Shown: one piece after another, positions 47,974-58,704 of the stretch | Numbering within the stretch: position 1 is the stretch's first letter | Layout: every line of letters starts with the position of its first letter | Source: Candidatus Nomurabacteria bacterium | GTDB taxonomy: Bacteria > Patescibacteriota > Minisyncoccia > Phycocordibacterales > UBA5272 | Assembly (NCBI GenBank): GCA_028286645.1 | Contig: JAQBRF010000002.1 | Span: 186,518 to 250,517 of the forward strand | DNA length: 64,000 nucleotides | Reading direction: 5' to 3' | Notes under the pieces: generated by a model | Database searches by the model: none | Told to the model about the DNA's origin: nothing | Seen by the model: the letters and a program-made list of their open reading frames with translations, nothing else | Position numbers and translations under genes: made by a program

Positions 47974-49074
47974 CTATTCCGCAGGATCTTCATTTTCTTC
48001 TGGGTCTGCCTTACCTTCGTATGCTAATGCGCCGGACTCTAAGCATTTCTGAATTTCTTTCGTTAGTTTGTCCTGTACTTTTTTATTTTCTCTTAAATAT
48101 GTTCTAGCAGCATCATATCCTCGGCCAAGCTTCTCATCGCCATATGCATAACTAGCTCCTGATTTTTGAATAACCTTAAATTTCTCACCGAGAGCCAGAA
48201 GTTCTCCTTCTCTAGAGATTCCTTCGTTATACATAATGTCAAACTCTGTGGTCTTGAAGGGGGCAGCAACTTTGTTCTTTACGATTTTAACTTTCGTGCG
48301 TGCTCCCACCACATCTTCTCCCTTTTTAATTTGAGCGATTCTTCGTATGTCTATTCTTACTGAAGCATAAAACTTAAGCGCCTTTCCTCCTGGAGTTGTT
48401 TCGGGATTTCCGAACATAATTCCAATTTGCATACGTATTTGGTTGATGAAAACAATTACCGTCTTAGATTTGTGCGCTATTCCCGTTAGCTTTCTAAGAG
48501 CTTGCGACATTAATCTTGCTTGCTTTCCAACGTGCTGCGCTCCCATATCTCCCTCAATTTCATCTTTTGGAGTAAGCGCTGCTACTGAGTCGATGACAAC
48601 CACATCCACTTGTCCGCTTCTTACAATAGATTCTGTAATTTCAAGTGCCTGCTCTCCGTTATCTGGCTGTGAGATAAGAAGTTCATTTATATTTACGCCA
48701 AGCTTCTTGGCATACTCTGGATCCATAGCATGCTCGGCATCAATGAACGCGCAAATGCCACCGAGCTTCTGAGCTTCTGCGATGACGTGTAGTGTAAGAG
48801 TTGTCTTGCCTGATGATTCTGGTCCAAATATTTCGACTATTCTTCCGCGTGGGAGTCCTCCTACACCAAGGGCAGCGTCTAATCCTAAAGACCCAGTAGG
48901 CACAACCCCCACATCAACCTTCGGAGCTTCGCCTAATTTCATCATCGAGCCTTCCCCAAATTTATTTTGAATCTCACGCAAAAGGGCATCTGAATTTCCA
49001 GTTCTATTTCCTTTCTCGTCCATATTTTTTACACCTATTGTCTTACTTGGCTTTGCAACTTTTTTCTTCATCAT
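47974..49074 (-). CDS. recA: recombinase RecA (N-terminal Lys-rich extension; true start may be an internal Met)
   Basis: [10 protein letters not shown] Walker A; full RecA core. Confidence 0.95.
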   Translation of the reverse strand: MMKKKVAKPSKTIGVKNMDEKGNRTGNSDALLREIQNKFGEGSMMKLGEAPKVDVGVVPTGSLGLDAALGVGGLPRGRIVEIFGPESSGKTTLTLHVIAEAQKLGGICAFIDAEHAMDPEYAKKLGVNINELLISQPDNGEQALEITESIVRSGQVDVVVIDSVAALTPKDEIEGDMGAQHVGKQARLMSQALRKLTGIAHKSKTVIVFINQIRMQIGIMFGNPETTPGGKALKFYASVRIDIRRIAQIKKGEDVVGARTKVKIVKNKVAAPFKTTEFDIMYNEGISREGELLALGEKFKVIQKSGASYAYGDEKLGRGYDAARTYLRENKKVQDKLTKEIQKCLESGALAYEGKADPEENEDPAE

Positions 49075-49176
49075 AGGAATAGTTTTTTAGTTAATGGTTA
49101 ATTGTTACTAATGGCTAAGGATTTTAGATGGATGCTGATATGAATTTAGCTAACATCGCTATCTAATATCTACCAT

Positions 49177-49533
49177 CTAGTCCTTGGGTATTACTCGCAG
49201 CGTCTTTGTAACTTCCGCGCCGTACTGGTCCTTCGCGCTTATTATAATTATAGTATATGGATAGTATGGAACCAAGGTTTCTTTAAAGTGCCCTTCAGTG
49301 TCTATAGTTATTTGGCGGCCCTGAAGAGTGATTTCCCGTGATCTTAAAACCCTTCCAGAGACCTCAAAAGTAGTGCTTGCTACTGGATCGCCGTCTCCTG
49401 GCGAGTATATTGTTATTGAAGGCCCGGAAAGGAGGGGATAAGCCCTAAAAATGCCATAAAATACCGCGATTAGCACCAGTAGGCCTATTATATAAGGCTC
49501 TAATTTTTTTCTTAAATCGTAGGTTTCTATCAT
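49177..49533 (-). CDS. hypothetical membrane-anchored protein
   Basis: N-terminal TM, soluble beta-rich domain. Confidence 0.3.
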   Translation of the reverse strand: MIETYDLRKKLEPYIIGLLVLIAVFYGIFRAYPLLSGPSITIYSPGDGDPVASTTFEVSGRVLRSREITLQGRQITIDTEGHFKETLVPYYPYTIIIISAKDQYGAEVTKTLRVIPKD

Positions 49534-49545
49534 AATCCATTAGAG

Positions 49546-51828
49546 TTAATTCCTAAAGATGTCGTCCGCTGTGGCGTCTACTGAAGACTCTTCGGTAGTA
49601 TCGGAAGGGGCAGGGTTTCCAGAAAGAACTTCTCTGTATCTCTCACCAGACCTAGCAGGGCCTATTATATTATGTCTTTCCAGATCATTAATTATACGAG
49701 CGGCTTTATTATATCCCCATCGAAAGGCAGTTTGGAGTGAAGAAGTGGAAGCTTTCCCAGTAGAAGTGACATAATCCTTTGCACTCATATAATCTTCATC
49801 GTCTTCTGGCTCGCTTCCGCCATCTCCATCATTTGAGATGTTCCCGCTTGCAATACCGACTCTAACTTTTGAAATATCAATGCTATCTGGTATGAAATCC
49901 AAATATGTCTGCTTTATATTTGCTACTACGGCTTTTATTTCTTCTGTAGAAATAAAAGGAGCTTGTATTCTAACGAGGCGGGGGTTGTCCGATGCCATAT
50001 AAAGCATATCTCCATTTCCAAGCAAATCTTCTGCTCCCGAAGCATCTAAAATAGTTCTAGAGTCAATCTGAGAAGTTGTCTTAAGCGCGATACGAGCTGG
50101 AATGTTTGCCTTAATAGTTCCGGTGATAACTTTTACATCAGGCCGCTGGGTTGAAAGTATGAGGTGTACTCCGGCGGCACGACCTTTTTGAGAGAGCGAT
50201 GTGATAAGCGGGCTTATTTCTTTTGGATACGAAAGCATGAAGTCGTTGTATTCGTCGAAGATAATAACTATATATGGCATCTTAGGCGGAACCCCTTCCA
50301 GCTCTTCACCGATTTTAGATTTTTTACGAGCTTTCTCGAGAGCGGGGGCTAATACTTTTTTATTGTAATCTGTTACGTTTACCTGGCCATATTCTGAAAG
50401 AATTTCATATCGGCGCTCAAGTTCTTGTACAGCCCAGTTGAGTGCCTTAATAGCGCTTTTCGGTTCTTTAATAATAGGGGTATAAAGATGGGGAAGATTG
50501 CTGTACATTGTAAACTCTACTCTTTTTGGATCAAGGATAATCAGCTTTAAATCATAAGGCGAGTTCTTGTAAAGAAGAGACATTAGGAGATTTTGGAGGG
50601 TGACAGATTTACCTGTACGTGTAGCACCAGCCACAAGCAAATGCGGCATTTTTTCTAAGTCTCCAAAGATGGGCTTACCAACGATTGATTTTCCTATTGC
50701 TAAGTTAAGGGGTCCGCTTTCGATGAACTCAGTAAGCTCAAGCATTGATCGGAGACCAAGAGTGGCTTTTCTTTCATTAGGGACTTCGATACCAACCAGA
50801 GATTTCCCTGGAATAGGTGCTTCAATACGTAAAAACTCAGATCCAAGTTCCATGGCAAGATTATCATGAAGGGTAACTATCTTAGATAGGTTCACTCCTT
50901 GCGCTGGTTTAAGGGTAAATTGGGTAACTGTTGGTCCAACTGTTACTTCTCCCATTTCTACATGAATACGGAAATGTTCTAACGTTCTCTGAATAGTCTG
51001 CATTTTCGCTCTAGAATCTCCTGCGCCACTTTTTCCAGAATCTACATTAAGAAGTTCAAGCGGTGGAGGAACAAACTCAGGAGTAAGAATTACCGGTCTT
51101 GCTTTTATTTCTCTTTTCGAGGCCTCTTCCTCCTCTATCGGAGAAAGCTCTCCAAATATTTCGCGTCTTAAGTCAGGTCCATCTTTTCCGTGTACCACTA
51201 CTTCTTCAATTTCTTGGGGGACTTCTTCTTCTATTTTATCTTCTAAAAGAATGGCTTCATCATCGATTGGCTTATTTCTAAATAATCCAAACATTTTTTG
51301 TAGCTGAATAAATGGATATGAAAGGATAATAAATAGAGGAGACAAAGATGGTTTTCTTTCTAGAATTACAATTCCTCCAATGGCAGCTATTCCGCCTAGT
51401 AAGGCAACGCTTGGATAGTATGCGAAATATTTTACAAGGGGCCCTGTTATAAGGACGCCTAATAATCCGGCAAATGTTGGGCTAAAGAAAAGCGTTCCTA
51501 AGCCTGATATTCCTAATAATAAAAAAAGCCAGCCAAGAGCCATCATAAATCTTATATTTGGCAGCTCCTCTTTCCATAGATAATAAGCAATGTAAAAACA
51601 TATAAGAGGGGTTACATAAGAAAAGAATCCGATTATGGATTCAATTCCCGAAAAGAGAATCTCTCCTCCATCTCCTCCTGCGTGTACCATGGAAAATATT
51701 AAAAGAGCTCCTATCATTACGAAGATAACAGAAAGTACGCCTAATATTGTTTCTGCAAGTACTGGGTCTTTTACTCTCTTACGTCTTCCTCGAGGGAGCG
51801 CATCTCCACGTGTGTCTTCCTTTGCCAT
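49546..51828 (-). CDS. ftsK: DNA translocase FtsK/SpoIIIE
   Basis: N-terminal TM helices; HLLVAGATRTGKSV Walker A; C-terminal gamma wHTH. Confidence 0.9.
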   Translation of the reverse strand: MAKEDTRGDALPRGRRKRVKDPVLAETILGVLSVIFVMIGALLIFSMVHAGGDGGEILFSGIESIIGFFSYVTPLICFYIAYYLWKEELPNIRFMMALGWLFLLLGISGLGTLFFSPTFAGLLGVLITGPLVKYFAYYPSVALLGGIAAIGGIVILERKPSLSPLFIILSYPFIQLQKMFGLFRNKPIDDEAILLEDKIEEEVPQEIEEVVVHGKDGPDLRREIFGELSPIEEEEASKREIKARPVILTPEFVPPPLELLNVDSGKSGAGDSRAKMQTIQRTLEHFRIHVEMGEVTVGPTVTQFTLKPAQGVNLSKIVTLHDNLAMELGSEFLRIEAPIPGKSLVGIEVPNERKATLGLRSMLELTEFIESGPLNLAIGKSIVGKPIFGDLEKMPHLLVAGATRTGKSVTLQNLLMSLLYKNSPYDLKLIILDPKRVEFTMYSNLPHLYTPIIKEPKSAIKALNWAVQELERRYEILSEYGQVNVTDYNKKVLAPALEKARKKSKIGEELEGVPPKMPYIVIIFDEYNDFMLSYPKEISPLITSLSQKGRAAGVHLILSTQRPDVKVITGTIKANIPARIALKTTSQIDSRTILDASGAEDLLGNGDMLYMASDNPRLVRIQAPFISTEEIKAVVANIKQTYLDFIPDSIDISKVRVGIASGNISNDGDGGSEPEDDEDYMSAKDYVTSTGKASTSSLQTAFRWGYNKAARIINDLERHNIIGPARSGERYREVLSGNPAPSDTTEESSVDATADDIFRN

Positions 51829-51923
51829 ATAGATTAATCTTATGAAAAAAGTATATCAAAAATATTCTTTATTATATAAGGAATAACTTGGTACTAGATA
51901 GTAGAGGACAGATGTTAGATTTT

Positions 51924-51959
51924 AAATGACATTCTTTCCGAAAGGAAAGAATGTCATTT
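51924..51959. promoter_or_regulatory. perfect 16-bp stem / GAAA-loop hairpin (AAATGACATTCTTTCC-GAAA-GGAAAGAATGTCATTT) flanked by dispersed-motif half copies
   Basis: Read directly; in divergent intergenic region upstream of ftsK. Confidence 0.6.
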
Positions 51960-52166
51960 CGCTTTTATTAATCTACCATCTAAAATCTGTTGTCTATATA
52001 TCTCCTGTATACAGGGACATAAAATTTCTATTCGACAAGTCTTTACAGGATAAATAAAAGGCATAGAATGGACACATATAAAATAATATATAGGACATTT
52101 TAAGAAGAAAGGTAGAGGGAAGGAAAAGTTATTTTATATAAGAGACATTAGCCCGTATGTTGTAAG

Positions 52167-53072
52167 TTGAAAGGACATATAAGAGACATTATGCAAGAAG
52201 AGACAAAAATTGATTATAATAATTTAGTAGCTAAAAAATCTGAAAAACTTGTTACTGCACTGTATCTGGTTACGGATTTAATGACCGACAACGAAGCTAT
52301 AAAACATGCTCTTAGGAAGAACGCCGTGACTCTTTTGTCCTCTATGAATACATTATCTCAAATGGACGTTAAAGACAGAATAAAGGAATTTAAAGTTTCT
52401 CTTAAAACTGTGACCGAAATAACGTCTTTGCTGCATGTGTCTATTACCACGGGCATTGTCTCAGAGATGAATGGCAAATTACTAATGGACGGATTCCGGG
52501 CTCTTCAGCTTGCCCTAGAAAAAAGACAGCCAATTCTCACTAAAGAAATGTTACACATAGAAGGTGAGGAAAACTTAAATAAAGAAGAGAGCTTCTCTTC
52601 TGCTGTGACGTCTACATCATACGATGTCATCACCCCGCTTTCATTAGTAAGGCTGCATAGTAGCGAGAAGGATTTAAGAGAAACAGAAGAAGCTTTAAAA
52701 CACTCCAGACTGCTTTCTAAGTTTGATAATATAAAGGATAACAAAAGACAGGAATATAATAATATGTCCGATAGACAAGATCACAAAAGGGACACTCATC
52801 CTCAAAAGGAGTCTACTCATAGTTTATTAATGCAACATGCTTCTAAGACAGATGCATCTCTCGCCTCATCTTTTCAAATGCGGAAGCAATCTAGAAGGGA
52901 CCAGATCCTAGCTCTTTTTATTAAAGGGGTAGATATAAGTATAAAGGACATATCTTCGCGCATTAAAGGTTGCAGTGAAAAAACCATCCAAAGAGAATTG
53001 AATGCTCTGCTTGAAGATAACGTAATTGATCGAATCGGCGAGAAAAGATGGAGTAGATATGTCCTTAAGTAA
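52167..53072 (+). CDS. hypothetical protein with C-terminal winged-helix DNA-binding domain
   Basis: C-terminus ...DISSRIKGCSEKTIQRELNALLEDNVIDRIGEKRWSRYVLK. Confidence 0.3.
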   Translation: MKGHIRDIMQEETKIDYNNLVAKKSEKLVTALYLVTDLMTDNEAIKHALRKNAVTLLSSMNTLSQMDVKDRIKEFKVSLKTVTEITSLLHVSITTGIVSEMNGKLLMDGFRALQLALEKRQPILTKEMLHIEGEENLNKEESFSSAVTSTSYDVITPLSLVRLHSSEKDLRETEEALKHSRLLSKFDNIKDNKRQEYNNMSDRQDHKRDTHPQKESTHSLLMQHASKTDASLASSFQMRKQSRRDQILALFIKGVDISIKDISSRIKGCSEKTIQRELNALLEDNVIDRIGEKRWSRYVLK

Positions 53073-53586
53073 AATAGGATAGTAGGTTTTAGACGCACGC
53101 ATCAAATGTAGAGGTTTCAATGAATTATATCTTCGTATTAATCTGCCATTTATTCTCTAATATTCTAATCTCTGGTTTTTTGACTTTACCCTGTAAATGT
53201 GGGAGAATAACGTCCTAGTACAGTAATGTACTACGGGCAGTATTATCCACACATATTTGCAACCTAAAATTGCAATATATATATGGAACAACTATACTGT
53301 CTGCAGACGTCTCTGTTTGAGAGCGTCCTCTGGTATTTGAGATACAATTTATAAGGTATCTTGAAGACAGATAAGATCGTTGACAACAGAATAGTGACGC
53401 AGATTAAAAGTAATAATTAAGGTATGAAAATATTTTTAATTTTTACTAATTTTCGAAATCAACATTCGGTCCGAAACGGTCGTCTGTCAAAAAAGCGATA
53501 TGTTTAGTTATGTCGAAACTAAATAAACATATTGCGTGGTGCGTATTAATAAACACATCATTTCACAAATCTTATAAGCATAGTTT

Positions 53587-56500
53587 ATGTCTAAAACTCA
53601 AATGAAGATTGCTACATCAATAGCAATCGTCGGAGGTATGATCGCTAGTGCACTTAGTGCATCAGCGGCTCTCAACCTTCCAACAGTGAGCTGCTCATAT
53701 ACGTTTAATACGAATATGAGACTTGGCTCAAGAGGTACAGATGTTATGAATCTTCAAAAGACTCTTAACATGTGGCCACAGACACGTGTAGCAGTATCAG
53801 GTGCAGGTTCTTCAGGAATGGAGACTTCAACATTTGGTCCAGCAACTCGTGCCGCAGTGAATAAATTCCAAGCTCTACATCTTGTAGAACTAGGAATCAC
53901 TGCACCAACAGGAAATGTGTACGCAGGTACACGTGCCCTACTTAACATGGCATGCGCCGGTCAGTCGACTCTTCCAGCAGGTTGTACATCAACTTCTGGA
54001 TTCAGCCCAACTACAGGACAGTCATGTGGAAACGGTCAGCCTACAACAACAACTCCTGGTCAGACAAGTGGCCCAGTTAGCGCAGTGCTATCAGGTTCAC
54101 AGCCTACAGGAACTATTGTTTCAGGACAGGCCGGTGCTCGTTTAGCTGACATTACTTTCACTGGAAACGGTACAGTTACAAACGTACAGTTACAGAGAAT
54201 CGGAGTGTCATCTGACGCAACACTAAATAATGTCTACCTATATGATGGAAATGTTCGTATCACAGATGCAGCATCCGTTATAACAGGTGGTTACATTAAC
54301 TTCAACGCTCCTTCAGGACTCTTTACTGTAAATGGATCACGTACAATAACTGTACGCGCTGACATTGCAGCAGGGACTACAGCGGGTCAGACAGTTGGAG
54401 TAAAACTTAACAGCGTAACTGCAGGAGGAAATAAGACTACATTTACAAATGTAGTTGGAAATACTCTTTCAACAGCGTCTGTTACTACAGCTTCAGTTAA
54501 CTTTGCAACAATTGCAACAACAACACGAACTGTCGATGCTGGAACTACAAACTTCAACGTTTGGTCAGGTTCAGCTAACGTCGGAACACGTGATGTATGG
54601 TTCAGAGCCGCAACTTTCAAGTTCGTCGGTTCAGCTCCAGTTGATTCACTAGCAAACCTTAGCCTCTATGTAGACGGTACTAAGGTAGCTGGTCCTGCAA
54701 CAGTTAATGCTGCAAACAACAACAAAGTAACATTTGATTTCGGTAATGCACCATATCTTCTAAAGACTGGTACACACACAATCGATGTCCGCGGAGATGT
54801 TGTAAAGGGTTCAAACAGAACAATTACTTTCTCAGTTGAGAACGTATCTGATCTAATGTTTGAAGACTCACAGCTTTCTGGCGTTAACATCGCCGCCGTT
54901 GTAAACAACCAACCGTTTACACAAAGCGGTGCAACGTATGGAACAATTACTGTTAACAGAGGAACTGTAACAGCAAATGTAGACCCAGCATTTACAGCTA
55001 ATCGCGTAACTGGTGGTGCTACAAATGTTCCAATCTCACAGTTTATTCTTAAGGCATACGGTGAAGATGTAAAAGTTAACACTCTTACAGTAACTCCTAC
55101 ACTTTCAGGTGCTCAGATCTCCGGATCTACAACTCCTGTAGTAACCGGACTTCAGAATGTAAGCCTATATGTAAACGGTGGTCAAGTTGGAACTTCACAA
55201 AATATGACTGGAAATTCACAAGCGTTAACCTTTAACTTAGGTTCATCTCTAGTTGTTCCAGCTGGTCAGACAGTAACTCTTACTGTAAAAGCTGACACAG
55301 TGAACGGAAACAATTCTGCTTATACAGCAGGTACTGTTTCTGCTTCAATCAGCGGTTCAAACAATGCACAAGGACAAAGTTCATATGAACTTACATCTGT
55401 GCCAGGTGCTGCTGTAACAGGTAATACTCTTACAATAGGTGCCGGAGCTGGTACATTTGCTCGAACATCAGGATTTGCTGCTACTACAGTTTCTCCTAAT
55501 TCAACAAATGTAAGAGTTGGATCATTCACACTACAGGCAAATTCATCTGAAGCAGTGCGAGTTAACTCAATTGGAGTTAACACAAACGTTTCAGGTTATG
55601 CTCAAACAAATATCAGTAACTTAAGAGTGCAGACCGGCTCAACAGTTCTTGGAACTCCAGTAGGAAATCCAGCAACTGGAACCACAACATTCTCATTTAA
55701 TGACGTTACAATTCCTGCAAATGGAACAATGACATTCGATGTGTATGCTGATATCGGTGGTGCTACAACTGGCTCAACTACAGTTGCTATGGACATTACT
55801 TATCGTGGTGCTGTAAGTAACACAACAACAACCTCATCAGCTGCAGGTTCAACTGTTACTACATCAGCCGCAACTCTATCTGCCCCAACATTGAACTCAA
55901 GCTCACCAGTTTCACAGTTCGTAGTTGGTGGATCAACATTTGGAATTGCAACATTCAAGCTAGGTACAGTTACATCTGGAACTCAGGCGAATGTTCGTGA
56001 ATTACGCTTCACAACAACAGGAACAGATGCTATTGAAAGCATCACTGTTGGAGGTGTAACTTCATCGGTAATTTCTAACGGAACAACAACTGTTTCAGGA
56101 ATCAACATCCCTATCTCTTCAAGCGGTACAGATGTTCCTGTAATAGTTAAGTTCGCACAATTCCAGAACAATGCAGTGGGTCAATCAGGCTCACTACAGT
56201 CAGGTGCTACTACAACTGTAACCCTAGGTTACATTGAAGCAACATCTGGATCAGGTTCAGTAGTTTCTACTACAACAACAGCAACTTCTAACGCTATGAG
56301 ACTAGTAGGATCAAAGCCTACAGTTTCAGTAAGTGCAGGAGCAACAAATTACCTTCAGTTAAATGCTGAAAGTAAGGTTGGTGAAGTAACGGTAACTGCT
56401 GACGCTAACGGAAGAATCTCTGTCGATCAGATAAGATTCAATGTTAGTGCTAACGGTGTATCTGCAGCAACATTCGGTTCATTCAGAATTGCTGACGGAA

Positions 56501-56790
56501 ACACAACTATCAGCAACAGCTCTACAGTTGTTACTTCAACAAGTACTAACTCAGCTGTTGTCACATCTACGTTCTCACCAAGTTACGACATAACTGCAGG
56601 TACATCAAAGACCTTCACACTATTCGGAACAATCGGAGGAACACAGACAGGTAGCGCAATCCCACAGGCTGTATCATCAGTCGATGCATCTAACTTCCTT
56701 TGGAAAGATGTTATTGGAGGAAACACTCAGTACTCTGGTGTTCTAATCTTTAACTTCCCAACAAATAGTTACGCTACTCGTTCACAATAA
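53587..56790 (+). CDS. 1067-aa secreted surface protein: signal peptide, Cys-bracketed PG-binding-like module (fourth paralog), long Thr/Ser/Gly/Val-rich beta-repeat region
   Basis: N-terminal module bracketed by Cys, conserved FGP.T..AV..FQ core; low-complexity Ig-like repeats. Confidence 0.5.
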   Translation: MSKTQMKIATSIAIVGGMIASALSASAALNLPTVSCSYTFNTNMRLGSRGTDVMNLQKTLNMWPQTRVAVSGAGSSGMETSTFGPATRAAVNKFQALHLVELGITAPTGNVYAGTRALLNMACAGQSTLPAGCTSTSGFSPTTGQSCGNGQPTTTTPGQTSGPVSAVLSGSQPTGTIVSGQAGARLADITFTGNGTVTNVQLQRIGVSSDATLNNVYLYDGNVRITDAASVITGGYINFNAPSGLFTVNGSRTITVRADIAAGTTAGQTVGVKLNSVTAGGNKTTFTNVVGNTLSTASVTTASVNFATIATTTRTVDAGTTNFNVWSGSANVGTRDVWFRAATFKFVGSAPVDSLANLSLYVDGTKVAGPATVNAANNNKVTFDFGNAPYLLKTGTHTIDVRGDVVKGSNRTITFSVENVSDLMFEDSQLSGVNIAAVVNNQPFTQSGATYGTITVNRGTVTANVDPAFTANRVTGGATNVPISQFILKAYGEDVKVNTLTVTPTLSGAQISGSTTPVVTGLQNVSLYVNGGQVGTSQNMTGNSQALTFNLGSSLVVPAGQTVTLTVKADTVNGNNSAYTAGTVSASISGSNNAQGQSSYELTSVPGAAVTGNTLTIGAGAGTFARTSGFAATTVSPNSTNVRVGSFTLQANSSEAVRVNSIGVNTNVSGYAQTNISNLRVQTGSTVLGTPVGNPATGTTTFSFNDVTIPANGTMTFDVYADIGGATTGSTTVAMDITYRGAVSNTTTTSSAAGSTVTTSAATLSAPTLNSSSPVSQFVVGGSTFGIATFKLGTVTSGTQANVRELRFTTTGTDAIESITVGGVTSSVISNGTTTVSGINIPISSSGTDVPVIVKFAQFQNNAVGQSGSLQSGATTTVTLGYIEATSGSGSVVSTTTTATSNAMRLVGSKPTVSVSAGATNYLQLNAESKVGEVTVTADANGRISVDQIRFNVSANGVSAATFGSFRIADGNTTISNSSTVVTSTSTNSAVVTSTFSPSYDITAGTSKTFTLFGTIGGTQTGSAIPQAVSSVDASNFLWKDVIGGNTQYSGVLIFNFPTNSYATRSQ

Positions 56791-56873
56791 TCTGCGCCAC
56801 AATATTCTGCTTGACCGGTATTTCATAAGAAATACTTAGGTTAAAGAATAACTAACAAAGATTAGTTGTAGAA

Positions 56874-56902
56874 AAAACCACCCGAAAGGGTGGTTTTTTC
56901 GT
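56874..56902 (+). terminator. rho-independent terminator (AACCACCC-GAAA-GGGTGGTT + T-run); tail GTGGTTTTTTCGTT duplicated at ~56976-56995
   Basis: Read directly. Confidence 0.7.
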
Positions 56903-57049
56903 TTCCTTTTCCCAACCCGGAAGGCTCCCGATTTCTTAGATTTTAATAAATCTTTTGAAATCGCAGTACTTATAAGTGGTGGTTTTTTCGTTGTCATTAA
57001 TGAAGCCTGAAAGCAGTAAAAATTAGATTTCTTTGCTCTGTCGGCAAGA

Positions 57050-57078
57050 TTGCTAAGTCTAAAAATTTCTGTTAGTAT
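57050..57078 (+). promoter_or_regulatory. candidate promoter TTGCTA-17-TAGTAT for rplJL, followed by ~170-nt leader containing GGCTAACGGCTAACGGCT tandem repeat
   Basis: Hexamer spacing; L10 leaders are commonly autoregulatory. Confidence 0.35.
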
Positions 57079-57251
57079 GGATTTTGTAAACCAAAGAAGT
57101 CAGTGAAAATAGTTTATTTTCATAAATCTGGCGGAGGTAACTTATATAGATAAACTCTGTATATTTACTCTAAATTTGTTTTATCAGATAGTTAGTTATC
57201 TGTTTATTGAATTCCGCTAGCGGCTAACGGCTAACGGCTTATAGCTACCAC

Positions 57252-57743
57252 ATGGCATTATCACGCACAAAGAAAGCCGAACTTATAAAGGGTTATGAAG
57301 ATGCCCTTAAAGGTTCAAAAAGTGCTGTGTATATTAAGTTCAAGGGGCTTTCGGTTCAGGACACAAGCATTCTCCGCGGACAGTTATTTAATGAAAATAC
57401 TCATTATACAGTAGTAAAGAAAACTCTTTGGAAGCGAGCAACAGATGCTGCTAAAATCCAAGGAGAAACACCTACTACAGGAGAAGAGCTTGCGGTTGTT
57501 TGGGGAGAAGATCTCCTGGCTCCTGCTCGAATCTCATATGAATTTAGTAAGACTCATAAGGACAGTTTCGCAATTTTAGGAGGCATTTTTGATGGGGTTT
57601 TCAAAAACCAGCAAGAAATGCTAGCTATTGCGACTATTCCTCCTCGTGAAGTTCTGTTATCACAGCTTGCATACCTTCTAAAATCTCCAATAACAAGACT
57701 TGCTATTGGTTTATCAGAAGTTGCAAAGACAAAGTCAGCATAA
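57252..57743 (+). CDS. rplJ: 50S ribosomal protein L10
   Basis: L10 sequence; precedes rplL. Confidence 0.9.
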   Translation: MALSRTKKAELIKGYEDALKGSKSAVYIKFKGLSVQDTSILRGQLFNENTHYTVVKKTLWKRATDAAKIQGETPTTGEELAVVWGEDLLAPARISYEFSKTHKDSFAILGGIFDGVFKNQQEMLAIATIPPREVLLSQLAYLLKSPITRLAIGLSEVAKTKSA

Positions 57744-57846
57744 AGGTAAATTGATTTAAGATTAAAGATTCACGATTTAAGAATTTATTCATAAATCATA
57801 AATCCTAATTCATAAATCAAAATTATAAAAATAATTTTTAACAAAC

Positions 57847-58209
57847 ATGGATAAATTTAAAGATCTATTAGATAAGATTGACGGGATGTCAGTTCTTGAG
57901 CTTAACGATTTAGTTAAGGCTATTGAAGAAAAGTTCGGAGTCTCAGCTCAAGCGGTTGCAGCAGCACCAGCTGCAGCAGCTGCTGCAGATGAAGGAAAAG
58001 ACGCATACACTGTTCACTTAGCTTCAGCTGGAGAACAGAAGATCGCAGTTATGAAAGTGGTGAAAGAGGCTCTTGGTCTTGGTCTTAAGGAAGCAAAGGA
58101 TATGGTAGACGGAGCTCCAGTAGATCTTAAGGCTAATGTTAAGAAGACAGAAGCAGAAGAAATGAAGAAGAAACTGGAGGAGGCAGGGGCCAAGGTAGAG
58201 TTAAAGTAA
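57847..58209 (+). CDS. rplL: 50S ribosomal protein L7/L12
   Basis: Ala-rich hinge [14 protein letters not shown]; conserved CTD. Confidence 0.9.
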   Translation: MDKFKDLLDKIDGMSVLELNDLVKAIEEKFGVSAQAVAAAPAAAAAADEGKDAYTVHLASAGEQKIAVMKVVKEALGLGLKEAKDMVDGAPVDLKANVKKTEAEEMKKKLEEAGAKVELK

Positions 58210-58214
58210 ACAAA

Positions 58215-58248
58215 ATAAAAATCCCCATTGAGGGGATTTTTATTTTGT
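58215..58248 (+). terminator. rho-independent terminator (AAAAATCCCC-ATTG-AGGGGATTTTT)
   Basis: Read directly. Confidence 0.75.
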
Positions 58249-58261
58249 TTAAACTACTTTG

Positions 58262-58400
58262 GTCCCGGCTTGGGAAGGGGTCGGGAAACGGGAGTTTCCC
58301 GATGTAGGAGAACAGCGAGCTTGCGAGCGATAGGAACCGCGGGTTCCTATGGAGAAGCTAATGCTTCGACGGCTGGTGCGAAAGTTGATTCATTTAAATT
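58262..58400 (+). ncRNA. candidate structured RNA / leader: two strong hairpins (TCGGGAAAC-GGGA-GTTTCCCGA at 58281-58302; ATAGGAACC-GCG-GGTTCCTAT at 58330-58350) in a GC-elevated segment
   Basis: Perfect 9-bp stems read directly; no family assignment possible. Confidence 0.2.
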
Positions 58401-58530
58401 AGTAGATGCGGTTCGGAGTATTTATAGAAAAATACATTTTATTCTTTGCGAAATAACGTAACCCACGATAGTATAGAACCTTACCCATGCTCATTTCTGG
58501 GCGGGAGTTGTTCAAAAAAAGGGGATTGGA

Positions 58531-58704
58531 TTGATAAAGAATGTCCTGATTGCTTGCGTTGTTGCCCTGATTGCTCTTTCCTGCAAGGGGGAGAGAAAAA
58601 AGAAAAAACAGCAACCTCCTGCAGAAAGCGTCGAAGCCTATAAGCAAGATGATCTTAACGAAGCCCTTATGGGTTTCCCGGGGGTTCCTTTCAAAAAGCG
58701 GTAG
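58531..58704 (+). CDS. candidate 57-aa lipoprotein (TTG start; MIKNVLIACVVALIALSC lipobox), SD AGGGGA upstream
   Basis: Manual translation in frame not reported by ORF track; classic signal peptide + LSC lipobox. Confidence 0.3.
   Translation: MIKNVLIACVVALIALSCKGERKKKKQQPPAESVEAYKQDDLNEALMGFPGVPFKKR

Noticed and set aside
58399-58647. ORF-track candidates 58399-58647 (minus) and 58446-58643 (plus) in the post-rplL region
   Set aside because: Both are Cys/Arg-rich low-complexity translations. An alternative frame gives a textbook lipoprotein signal peptide with an SD, which I preferred. All three remain low confidence.
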